From Selaginella moellendorffii (taxonomy: Eukaryota; Plantae; Lycopodiophyta): a stretch of DNA of 25,171 nt. The translations under genes and the position numbers were made by a program. This document shows positions 11,901-23,280 of the stretch, piece by piece; position 1 is the stretch's first letter; each line of letters opens with the position of its first letter. The notes beneath the pieces are model-generated. The model ran no database searches. It was not told where the DNA came from and worked only from the letters and a program-made list of their open reading frames with translations. The stretch is taken from the NCBI RefSeq assembly GCF_000143415.4, contig NW_003314472.1:36606-61776 (forward strand). The letters are read 5' to 3'.

Positions 11901-12241
11901 GTCATTGATATTGTTGATATTGAGATTTGAGTGAAATGAGATATCCTTCCAAGGATTGATATTGAGTTTCATTAGTCTTGATGAAGATAGTGTTGATGAT
12001 TTGGCTATGGCTTTATGTTATTGGCATTCGTACATTTGTTAGTTAGCAACTATGTTGACGTTCAAATGAACTGAGTGGCAAGTTAAGTTAGTTGTGTTCT
12101 AGACGAGATTATTTAGTAGGGGTTGAGCTTTGAGCTTTTCCTTGAAAAGTGATTTAGTCATGGACTATGCTAACTCTACAAGTAGGAGAGTTAGTGATCG
12201 ATGTTGGAATATTTTGAATCCTTATAGGATTCTAGTTGAAA
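8983..12241 (+). mobile_element. Internal region of copy 1 (3'-truncated), non-coding decayed gag-pol
   Basis: Collinear with 14099-~17240 and 20398-23280; no long ORF. Confidence 0.9.
8985..8995 (+). promoter_or_regulatory. Primer-binding site (tRNA-iMet); also at 14101-14111 and 20400-20410
   Basis: TGGTATCAGAG two nt after the LTR end CA; complementary to the 3' end of plant initiator tRNA-Met. Confidence 0.92.
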
Positions 12242-13357
12242 CAACAGAACAAAATGAATGTTGCAAAGCAAACAAATATAGTGTTCATGCCAATCATCGC
12301 ACTAGCCAATCCAGATAGATCCCAGCCAATAACACCAAGGAACTCAAGTTGCCTAAGCAAGTGTCAGCAACATCCTACTGATGTCTCAAACCCAAGAGAC
12401 CAATCCAGAGCAAACCACAAAGAACATGTGGTATTGCGAAAAGCCAAAAGCCATCAAAGAGAACAATTAACTATCATGAAAGATCGTCAATCAGCCCATC
12501 AATGTAGTGATGTATAATCATCGTTGAAGAAAGAATCTACCATCCCGAAGAATAGCAAATAATTCCAAACCAACAATAATCAAGCAAAACTTGTGATAAG
12601 GACAATCAACTACCCTAGATGATAGTCAATCATCACCAATGATTGCCAGATGCAAAAACCAACTTCAACATCGAAGCTGATGAGCCAAAATGCCTTCCCC
12701 AACAACTTCTAACAAATGGAACAATGAGCATAAAACTCAAAGAACCAAAGCTCGAAGAAGCCTATAGCCAAGTCTTACTTAATAATGATCACGAGTCTCG
12801 CATGAACTAACATCAATGCTAAAGAGAAATCATGGTATAACCCACGACATCCACTTTAACACATCCATAAGCTATACTTCATAATGCAAAGCTAATGAAG
12901 AGCAGATTTGCATCACTCACAAGCCAAGCACAATGGAGCTATGCTCAACAAGTGATCACCAAACCGATCCTCCATGAATCCATCTATAGAAAACGTAATT
13001 CACTTTATAGCAAGCACAAGAAGAATCATCAATGATTGATATATTTCAACTAGAATCCTATAAGGATTCAAAATTGTCCAACATCGATCACTAACTCTCC
13101 TACTTGTAGAGTTAGCATAGTCCATGACTAAATCACTTTTCAAGGAAAAGCTCAAAGCTCAACCCCTACTAAATAATCTCGTCTAGAACACAACTAACTT
13201 AACTTGCCACTCAGTTCATTTGAACGTCAACATAGTTGCTAACTAACAAATGTACGAATGCCAATAACATAAAGCCATAGCCAAATCATCAACACTATCT
13301 TCATCAAGACTAATGAAACTCAATATCAATCCTTGGAAGGATATCTCATTTCACTCA
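12242..13357 (-). mobile_element. Inverted internal segment of the same element, creating a fold-back inverted repeat
   Basis: 12242-13043 is a diverged reverse complement of ~17240-18050; 13044-13357 is a near-perfect reverse complement of 11928-12241. Confidence 0.9.
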
Positions 13358-15954
13358 TTTGGCACATTTACGGAATGTAGAGATCGGCCCGAACACAATA
13401 GTGTTCGTCCCGTGTCCAAATTCACAATCTAGGGACATTCCATATTTAGTAAGTTTCGAGTTTGTCCCAGAGACTAACTCCTGATACTAAGGGAGGCTTG
13501 GGGTGAAAGCCCAAAGCGTGTGTTCCTCAAGGGGGGGGGGGCTGTGGGGGGTTCCAAATGTATAGTAGGGATAGTGGGTAGGTCGGGCATGGCCGACCAA
13601 CCTGAGGCATAGTCTAGCTCCCGCTTGCGTGCCTGTCCTTGTTCTGCGTCCGGCTTGGGTCTAAGCCCAAGTTCCATTCCATGCTAGTTGGTGGAGTACC
13701 CATATCCTCGCGTTAGGCCACCGGTATGCCGAAATAGCGCCAGACTCCGTTTGGCTCCGTTTTGCGTGCTGGTCCTGGCATTGGGATGCTGGTTGCTCTA
13801 GGGCTGTTCCAAGTCGCTCCGGGCCCCTGTCCCTTCGCTCCTTGGGCTATATGCTCGGGAGTTGCTCCGTGGTCCGGTTTCATCACTCCTTGGCGTCATG
13901 CTTGGGAGTTTGGCACCGTTCCTTCGTTCAGTGGCCCAAGGCCCTGAACCTCGGGTTCCTATGGACACGTGGCATGGACACGTGGCATGTGACACGTGGC
14001 ATCTGTCACGTGGCACAAAGAGGGTTTAGGTTCCGCTTCGTGGTGTTATCCTATGGTAAATCACCATAGGATAAAGGGTCAAAACCACGTGCGCTACATT
14101 TGGTATCAGAGAATGAGTCTCGGCGAGTACTATCCAATGAGATTGGGCAACTAGTCTCGTTGCATACGCAGAGATGAAAACGATGATCCAAGTGGGTACA
14201 CGTTTGGGTGCAAAGGCTTCGCAATTGGTTCCTTGGGTATGGATATTGTTACCTTATTGTACCTTATGATGTGAGCTTGCGCTTGGGCTCATAGGATGGA
14301 TTTGAGTTGTTCCATGTACCATGGGTGAAAGCAAACCTCCCTGGGTTTGCTAAGAGTGGCAAATAGGCTGGTCCGTAGCTGTTTAGCACGGCACTAGTGG
14401 ATCCTTCCTAGGCATGATTATAAGTGGATCAATCAAGACTATAGGGATTAGTCTATTGGTTCAAGTAGTCATGGCCGTGCTCTCTCATAAACTTTTCTTG
14501 GATTGAACTGAAGGCAGTGCGAAAGCAAGTTTGAGGTTTAGTCAAAGATGAAACCGAAAAGAGAGTTATCGGGGACGGAGGATCAAATACGTAAATCATT
14601 TTCTCTTCTTGGAGAGATGATCTGCAACGAGGTGTTAACTTATTACTTGTGTTCACATCATGCAATCAAGAGTCCCTATCTTGATGCATGTTGGAAGTGA
14701 TGGTCTTACAAATGGTGAGTTGTGGAATGGATAGCGGTGAAACGTTATACCATTTTGTCTAGGCTTGCTATGGAAGACTGGGGTTGCAATGCTCAATTCT
14801 TTTCCGGGGAACCTTGCTATTGCTCCTTGAGTAGCTTGGTGGTGGATTAGTGTTGAGTTTGGTCGGAAAGAGAGTGGCATGAGCTTGTCCATGTTGTGAA
14901 CAAAAGTTAGTGGTGTTGGGTGTCGTAAATCTCTATTGGTGGAATGTGGCATTTATGTTGCATTTTGTCGAATCGAGTTGGCATTTGATACTCACATAAA
15001 CGTTTAAAGTAACGACATAAGCCTTGCTCATTGCGTTACTCAATTGATGATCAAGTCATTGTGATTTATATCATATCCATGTGATAATGAGCAATGTGTT
15101 TACGAAGTTGCTTGGGTAAATGATGATCAACCCCAAAGTGGTTGATGGAGAAGCTAGTCTACTTGCACGAAGTAGCATTGTAGTAGCCTTGACTGGATTC
15201 TCAATGGTGGTCCATTATGCTAAGCTTATGTTGGTACCTTGTTTCCTTGAGGGTTTGCCCATAAGGTGTTGGGAATGGGTTGTAGCATTCATTTGCTATA
15301 GCTTATCTATTGATCCGTTAGCACTTGGAGTAGATTATTGGATGGAGAAGGTGTGAGGTTGATGCATTGACATCGCTAGCACTTTTGTTAGTGAAAGTGG
15401 CATTGTTGATTCGAGTGATGAGGAATTTTCCTTAGAGCTTGATTTTCCATGTCATTTTTCTTGTTAGTGTTTTGGCTTCACATTGGATCTTGAAGGTGGT
15501 TGAAGAAGAGTGTTAGTGCAATGTGGATATCCGAAGATGTGGTCTTCGTGATCAAGCCTTGGATGTTCATTTTGCACTTTGCGGATGTCAGTGTTGGATG
15601 TCGGTTATATGGGTAAAGATGTTCGATGCTTAAGCATGTTGTTCGATCATGAGAATTTGTGTTGAGGTGAGCCTATGTGAAGTTGTTGGTAGGAGGAAGT
15701 TGGTGAAGTCTTGAAAGTTTGCAATCCTGGACTGAGAGTCATTCTTTATCTAGGATGGGAAATTTTCCACAAATTTTCTTAGACTTTTCCAATGGCTGAT
15801 CTATTGATCATTTTGTCCGAAAACCATTTCGTTTTCGTAGGCCAGTACAAACTAGTGAAGGGGTTGGAGTTGACTTCGGTTAGCTTAGACCTTGGTAGGT
15901 AGTTTGTATGATGCAACCCGAAAGGGATGCTGACTTTTGGGGTTAAGGCAATTG

Positions 15955-16600
15955 AGTTGGATAGAGTCTGGAGTTGGTGTAGAAAAGTGGCCGTTGCGCT
16001 TTTCTAAGAAAGGTGACCCTTGTGCCTTTCTTTTGTAGCATTGTGCTTGGTGGCAGTTTGCACCTTGCATTACGTTAGACTCTATGAGAGTAGTGAGCTC
16101 TCACTGATCTTGACTTGGTCTTGGTGGCTGCACCTTGGTTGAGGATGGTGATGTCCAACTTAGTTGTTTGAGGTTGAGATGTTGGTACCCGTACTATAGC
16201 TTTGTCTATGAGGAGGTTCTGTACCGATATGAGTTCATCTCATGGTCTTCACTTTAGTTTCGACTGAGTGTTGATCATGCATAGCTAGCCTCTTCAAGGC
16301 ATGCTCAGAGCTAGTGGCTAAATGTTCTAGTGAGCTTATTGCGGTTGAATTGGATTCGAGTGGTCATTTAGTTTATGCTTGTCTATGAACTTTTATCTCG
16401 TACCTGGGGTATCACGTTCTTGTTGGACGAGTATATAACTTGGTGACAAGCATTGGTGTTGGGTCTTGTGAAGGCAAGTTGAGGAGTGATTGTTAGTTGC
16501 TTTGCGACTAGTGATTACTTGTAGACTTCATCAAGGACAGTTGACACTTGCTTTGCTCGATGATGATTTAGCAGTGATGGGCTTGCTTTACCGGATGGTG
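15955..16600 (+). pseudogene. Fossil Ty3/gypsy reverse transcriptase (also at ~10955-11600 and ~22390-23040)
   Basis: Manual translation gives WIESGVGVEKWPLRFSKKGD in register with the gypsy motif WIRPSSSPYGAPVLFVKKKD, then EDGDV (cf. EGDI), SYLGYHV (16398-16418, cf. FLGHV) and L.LV...FIKD (cf. LGLxxYYRRFIK). Order is correct, with frameshifts and stops; no YxDD was recognised. Confidence 0.65.
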
Positions 16601-18619
16601 TTGCGGAGGATCATGTCGTTAGACTTGCATAGATTTTCTATGTTAGTATATCGATTCTATCTCTGTCGATATCATTTGGTTACGTTTAGTCCGTGGTGTT
16701 GGATTTCATTGAGTCTTGGATGTGGTGATTCACTCTTTGATGAAATGTTATCTGTAACTGAGTATTGCTGAAGGATTGGTCTCGGATACTAAGTATAGTA
16801 TCTTCGACTTTGGTTAGCTTGGTTGCTGGAAAGCTCCGAGTGGTGATTCACTCTTGCTTTCTTCTAGTTTTGTCCTGATGTTAATGGCATTGAAGTGATG
16901 CCTTGTCATTGATATTGTTGATATTGAGATCTGAGTGAAATGAGATATCCTTCCAAGGATTGATATTGAGTTTCATTAGTCTTGATGAATATAGTGTTGA
17001 TGATTTGGCTATAGCTTTGTGTTGTTGGCATTCGTGCATTTGCTAGTTAGCAACTGTGTTGACGTTCAAACGAACTGAGTGGCAAGTTGAGTTAGTTGTG
17101 TTCTAGACAAGATTATTTAGTAGAGGGTTGAGCTTTAGCTTTTCCTTGACAAGTGATTTAGTCGTGGACTATGCTAACTCTACGAGAAGAAGAGTTAGTG
17201 ATCGATATTAGAATGTTGAGTCCTTGCTGGATTTGAGTTCGGAATATAGCAATCATTAATGATTCTTTTTGAGCTTGTTATGAAGTGAGTTACGTCTTGC
17301 TATAGATGGATTCATGGAGGATCGTTTGATGATCACTTGTTAAGCATAGCTTCATTATGCTTAGCTTTTGGATTGATGCAGAAATGCTCTTCATTAGCTT
17401 TGGCATTATGAAGTTTGGCTTATGGATGTGTTGAGGAAGATATTGTGGGTTGCACCATGATTTCTTCTTTAGCACTGAAGTTAGCTTCTATGAGACTCGT
17501 GATCATTATTAGGCAAGACTTAGTTATAGGCTTCTTCGAGCTTTTGGTTCTTGAGTTTTGTGCTCATTGTTCCATTTGTTAGAAGTTGTTGGGGAAGGCA
17601 TTTTGGCTCATTAGCTTCGATGTTGAAGTTAGTATTTGCATTTAGCAATCATTGGTGATGATTGACTATCATCTAGGAAATTTGATTATCCTTGTCGAAG
17701 GTTTTGCTTGATTATCGTTGATCTAGATTGATTTGCTATTCTTCGGGATGGTGGATTCCTTCTAAGACAATGATTCTGCATATCTCTTATTGATGGGATG
17801 ATTAATGATCTTTCATGATGGTTAGTTGTTCTCTTTGATAGCTTTTGGCTTTTTGCAATACCACCAGTTGTTTGTGGTTTGCTCTGGATTGGTCTCTTGG
17901 GTTTGATATGTCAGTAGGATGTTGCTAACACTTGCTTAGGCAACTTGAGTTCCTTGGTATTGTTGACTGGGATCTATTCAGATTGGCTTTTGTGATAGTT
18001 GGCAGGAATGAGTGTTTGTTGGTCTTACCACATTCATTTTCTTCTGTTGATTGTTGCTAGAGTTAGTTTTGATAGATTTGGATGTTATTTCCTTTGGGTG
18101 ATACATTCGCGAGCATTGTGCTTGTTAGTCAATGATACTTTGTGTTCTTTGAGTTCTCTCTAGTAAGTTGTTGGCTTACTGTCTACTATCTTCGATAGTT
18201 AAGTTTCATCATTGAGTTTCCTTGATGATATACTAGCTATTGAATTTTGTTGGATGGTCATTCCTGTGTTTGCCAAATTATGATGATCTTGGTGGTTCCT
18301 ATCTACAATACTACTAGTTTATCGGATGATAACTTGTTTGGAATACTTTTGTGTTCTAATCTAAGCTTTATTCACTGATAATTAAATCTCTAAAATATCA
18401 TTGTCTATGACTTTGATATTGTCCATCTATTGATCTTTGAGTTTGGGCCAGTAATGGGCAGACTGGCTTCGGCACTTCGTGTGCATGGTGAAATCTCTAG
18501 TCATGGGGTAGCTACTGTTGACTGGTCACATAACCCGCCTCTCTGTCGATGTTCTTTATTCTGTGAAAGGGCGTGACCGTGTAAACAACTCTAACTGCCT
18601 GTTTACAGTAGTCTATCTA

Positions 18620-18967
18620 AACCTTACCGACGGGATTGGTTTCTTTGCTTAGGAGGGTAGGGGCCTCTGGCTTCTCTCTCTATGTTCCTGCGGGCAGGGC
18701 ATATCACACTTTTGTAAGCTGGGTGACTCCCAGAGCAGCAGGGGTGGCTGACTCCGTTGGTCATTTCCTTGTCGGCGACGGCCGGAAGGTGTCTGAGCTG
18801 GTAGCGCATCCGCGTTAGACAAAGAGGTTACCCCCTAACTCATTTAAGTTGGTGCATTTCTCACATAGTGTGAGTACCGTGAACTTTTTATGGAGTTGTT
18901 TCCTTGGCAGTATTCTAGACTCGAGTATGCATCGACGAGGACGTCGATCTTCCCAAGGGGGGGAGAG
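18620..18967 (+). pseudogene. Fossil integrase C-terminus (GPY/F-like module) and possible chromodomain
   Basis: ORF 18636 LLRRVGASGFSLYVPAGRAYHTFVSWVTP resembles ILERVGxVAYRLxLPxxxxIHPVFHVSxLKP; VSELVAHPR resembles EVExILxHR. The frame of ORF 18849 runs through the PPT into the LTR (RRGRRSSQGGESV). Confidence 0.55.
18955..18967 (+). promoter_or_regulatory. Polypurine tract
   Basis: AAGGGGGGGAGAG immediately before the TG of the 3' LTR; a minus-strand copy is at 24773-24784. Confidence 0.92.
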
Positions 18968-20115
18968 TGTCGCGCATGTGACTTCGGGTATCGAAAGTTA
19001 CCTGTCGACTAGTCCTTACGGACACTCTTACCTTACTGCCACGATGGCAGGAGGTCGGTATTGCTGGACCCTTTATCAGTCCCTCTTGTGCTAGTGGAGT
19101 TAACTGGGCATTTCGAGTGTACTTAGACCGGACGAGCATAAGGACGGAATTCCTACGTGTTATTAGCTAAGCATACTTAGCCCGGTAAGGAGTTCCCGTC
19201 TCGTTTTGTCTTGCACTGGCTAGTGACAAGAACCCTCGCGTATTGAGATTGGTCCCTCAATATCGCTACATGATAGCTTACCGTGTCTGCCAAACACCCT
19301 CGCTATCATGCCCTTTGTGTTAGTCTCATTTCGGTCCCAAATGCTATTTATGGAAAGTGTCCAGATTTGCTCATTTGGCATATCTACGGAATGTAGAGAT
19401 CGGCCTGAACACAATGGTGTTTGTCCCATGTCCAAATTCGCAATCTAAGGACATTCCATATTTAGTAAGTTTCGAGCTTGTCCCAGAGACTAACTCCTGA
19501 TACTAAGGGAGGCTTGGGGTGAAAGCCCAAAGCGTGTGTTCCTCAAGGGGGGGGGGGGCTGTGGGGGGTTCCAAATGTATAGTAGGGATAGTGGGTAGGT
19601 CGGGCATGGCCGACCAACCTGAGGCATAGTCTAGCTCCCGCTTGCGTGCCTGTCCTTGTTCTGCGTCCGGCTTGGGTCTAAGCCCAAGTTCCATTCCATG
19701 CTAGCTGGTGGAGTACCCATATCCTCACATTAGGCCACCGGTATGCCGAAATAGCGCCAGACTCCGTTTGGCTCCGTTTTGCGTGCTGGTCCTGGCATTG
19801 GTATGCTGGTTGCTCCAGGACTGTTCCAAGTCGCTCCGGGCTCCTGTCCCTTCGCTCCTTGGGCTATATGCTCGGGAGTTGCTCCGTGGTCCGGTTCCAC
19901 CACTCCTTGGCGTCACGCTTGGGAGTTTGGCACCGTTCCTTCGTTCAGTGGCCCAAGGCCCTGAACCTTGGGTTCCTAAGGACACGTGGCATGGACACGT
20001 GGCATGTGACACGTGGCATCTGTCACGTGGCACAAAGAGGGTTTAGGTTCCGCTTCGTGGTGTTATCCTATGGTAAATCACCATAGGATAAAGGGTCAAA
20101 ACCACGTGCGCTACA
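18968..20115 (+). mobile_element. Complete 1148-bp LTR
   Basis: TGTCGCGCA...TGCGCTACA imperfect terminal inverted repeat; homologous to all other LTR pieces in the window. Confidence 0.95.
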
Positions 20116-23100
20116 CTCCGGGCCCCTGTCCCTTCGCTCCTTGGGCTATATGCTCGGGAGTTGCTCCGTGGTCCGGTTTCATCACTCCTTGGCGTCACGC
20201 TTGGGAGTTTGGCACCGTTCCTTCGTTCAGTGGCCCAAGGCCCTGAACCTCGGGTTCCTATGAACACGTGGCATGGACACGTGGCATGTGACACGTGGCA
20301 TCTGTCACGTGGCACAAAGAGGGTTTAGGTTCCGCTTCGTGGTGTTATCCTATGGTAAATCACCATAGGATAAAGGGTCAAAACCACGTGCGCTACATTT
20401 GGTATCAGAGGATGAGTCTCGGCGAGTACTATCCAATGAGATTGGGCAACTAGTCTCGTTGCATACGCAGAGATGAAAACGATGATCCGAGTGGGTACAC
20501 GTTTTGGTGCAAAGACTTCGCATTGGTTCCTTGGGATAGGTTTTGGGTTACCTTGTTGTACCTTATGATGTGAGCTTGCGCTTGGGCTCATAGGATGGTT
20601 TGGAGATGTTCCATTTGCACGAGTTTGAGCTTGGGCTCGTGAGTGAGGCACATTAGCAACTCGAGGTTACACTTTGAGTTGGCAGGATTAATGTTAGCCT
20701 ATCATTGGTTCCATAAGTTGTTCTAGTGGTTCCGTGAGTTGTTCCTTGTACCATGGGTGAAAAGCAAACCTCCCTGGGTTTGCTGTGAGTGGCAAATAGG
20801 CTGGTCCATAGCTGTTTAGCACGGCACTAGTGGATCCTTCCTAGGCATGATTATGATTGGATCAATCAAGACTATAGGGAATAGTCTATTGGTTCAAGTA
20901 ATCATTGCCATGCTCTCTTATAAACTTTTCTTCGATTGAACTGAAGGCAGTGCGAAAGCAAGTTTGAGGTTTGGTCAAAGATGAGACCGAAAAGAGAGTC
21001 ATCGGGGACGGAGGATCAAATACGTAAATCATCTTCTCTTCTTGGAGAGATGATTTGCAACGAGGTGTTAACTCATTGCTTGTGTTCACATCATGCAATC
21101 ATGAGTCCCTATCTTGATGCATGTTGGAGATGGTAGTTTTACAATGGTGAGTTATGGGATGGATAGTGGTGAAACACTAAACCATTTTGTCTAGGCTCGC
21201 TATTGGAAGACTTGGGTTGCAATGCTCAATTCTTTTCCGGGGAACCTTGCTATTGCTCCTTGAATAGCTTGGTGTTGGATTAGTTTTGAGTTTGGTCGGA
21301 AAGAGAGTGGCATGAGCTTGTCCATGTTATGAACAAAAGTTAGTGGTGTTGGGTGTCGTAAACCTCTATTGGTGGAGTGTGGCATTTATGTTGCATTTTG
21401 TCGAATCGAGTTGGCATTTGATACTCACATAAACGTTTGAAGTAATGACATAGGCATTGCTCATTGCGTTACTCAATTGATGATCAAGTCATTGTGATTT
21501 ATATCATATCCATGTGATAATGAGTAATGTGTTTACGAAGTTGCTTGGGTAAATGATGATCAACCCCAAAGTGGTTGATGGAGAAGCTAGTCTACTTGCA
21601 CGAAGTAGCATTGTAGTAGCTTTGACTGGATTCTCAATGGTGGTCCATTATGCTAAGCTTATGTTAGTACCTTGTTTCCTTGAGGGTTGCCCATAAGGTG
21701 TTAGGAATGGGTTGTAGCATTCATTTGCTATAGCTCATCTGTTGATCCGTTAGCACTTGGAGTAGATTGTTGGATGGAGAAGATGTGTAGTTGGGGCATT
21801 GACATCACTAGCACTTGTGTTAGTGGAGGTGGCATTGTTATTTCAAGTGATGAGGAATTTTCCTTGGACCTTGATTTTTCCATGTCATTTTTCTTGTTAG
21901 TGTTTTGACTTCACATTGAATCTTGAAGGTGATTGAAGAAGAGTGTTAATGCAATATGGATATCCGAAGATGTGGTCTTCGTGATCAAGCCTTGGATGTT
22001 CATTTTGCACTTTGCGGATGACGGTGTTGGATATCGGTTAGATGGGCAAAGATGTTCGATGCTTAAGCATATTTTTGGATCATGAGAATTTTTGTTGAGG
22101 TGAACCTATGTGGAGTTGTTAGTAGGAGGAAGTTGGTTGAGTCTTGAAAGTTTGCAATTCTGGATTGAGAGTCATTCTTTCTCTAGGATGGAAAATTTTC
22201 CACAAATTTTCTTAGACTTTTCCAATGGCTGATCTATTGATCACTTTGCTCGAAAACCATTCCATTTTTGAAAGCCAGTACAAACTAGTGAAGGGGTTGG
22301 AGTTGACTTTGATTGGCTTAGATCTTAGTAAGTAGTTTGTATGATGCAACCCAAAAGGGATGCTGACTTTTGGGGCTAAGGCAATTGAGTTGGATAGAGT
22401 CTGGAGTTGGTGTAGAAAGGTGGCCGTTGCGCTTTTCTAAGAAAGGTGACCCTTGTGCCTTTCTTTTGTAGCGTTGTGCTTGGTGACAGTTTGCACCTTG
22501 CATTACGTTAGACTCTATGAGAGTAGTGAGCTCTCACTGATCTTGACTTGGTCTTGGTGGCCCTGCACCTTGGCTGAGGATGGTGATGTCCAACTTAGTT
22601 GTTTGAGGTTGAGATGTTGGTACCCGTACTATAGCTTTGTCTATGAGGAGGTTGTGTACCGATATGAGTCCATCTCATGGTCTTCACTTTAGTTTCGACT
22701 GAGTGTTGATCACATAGCTAGCCTCTTCAAGGCATGCTCAGAGCTATTGACTAAATGCATTAGTGAGCTTATTGCGGTTGAGTTGGATTCGAGTGGTCAT
22801 TTAGTTTGTGCTTGTCTATGAACTTTTATCTCGTACCTGGGGTATTATGTTCATGTTGGACAAGTATGTAACTCGATGACATGAGTTAGTGTTCGGGTCT
22901 TGTGAAGGCAAGTTGAAGGGCGATTGTTAGTTGATTTGCGACTAGTGATTACTTGTAGACTTTGTCAAAAAAAAGACCGTTGACACTTGCTTTGCTCGAT
23001 GATGATTTAGCAGTGGTGGGCTTGCTTTACCGAATAGTGTTGCGGAGGATTGTGTCGTTAGACATACATGGGTTTTCCATGTTGACATGTCGACTTTACC

Positions 23101-23280
23101 TCTGTTGATATCATTTGGTTACATTTAGTCCGTAGTGTTGGATTTCATTGAGTCTTGGATGTGGTGATTCACTCCTTGATGACGTGTTATCTGTAATTGA
23201 GTATTGTTAGAGGATTGGTCTTGGATACTGACTAAAGTATCTTCGACTTCGGTTAGCTTGGTTGCTGGAAGGTGAAGGTG
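20116..23280 (+). mobile_element. Copy 3: last 282 bp of an LTR (20116-20397), PBS and internal region running into the gap
   Basis: 20116-20397 is homologous to 19834-20115 but carries different diagnostic variants; the internal region is collinear with copies 1 and 2. Confidence 0.9.

Larger units (their letters stand above)
13354..20115 (+). mobile_element. Near-complete non-autonomous LTR retrotransposon (LARD-like, Ty3/gypsy chromovirus-derived), copy 2
   Basis: 5'-truncated LTR 13354-14098, PBS 14101-14111, ~4.87-kb ORF-less internal region, PPT 18955-18967 and complete 3' LTR 18968-20115. Confidence 0.92.

Noticed and set aside
16550-16575. LLDDD as the RT catalytic YxDD motif
   Set aside because: It lies downstream of the YLG-like and FIKD-like motifs, the wrong position for the active site.
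19490-19540. Hammerhead ribozyme / retrozyme in the LTR (ctgata...gaaa)
   Set aside because: The core reads CUGAUAC rather than CUGANGA and I could not build the three stems; an Infernal search would settle it.
19834-20397. Simple tandem duplication of the LTR's last 282 bp
   Set aside because: The two copies belong to different LTR haplotypes, which favours nested insertion or recombination.
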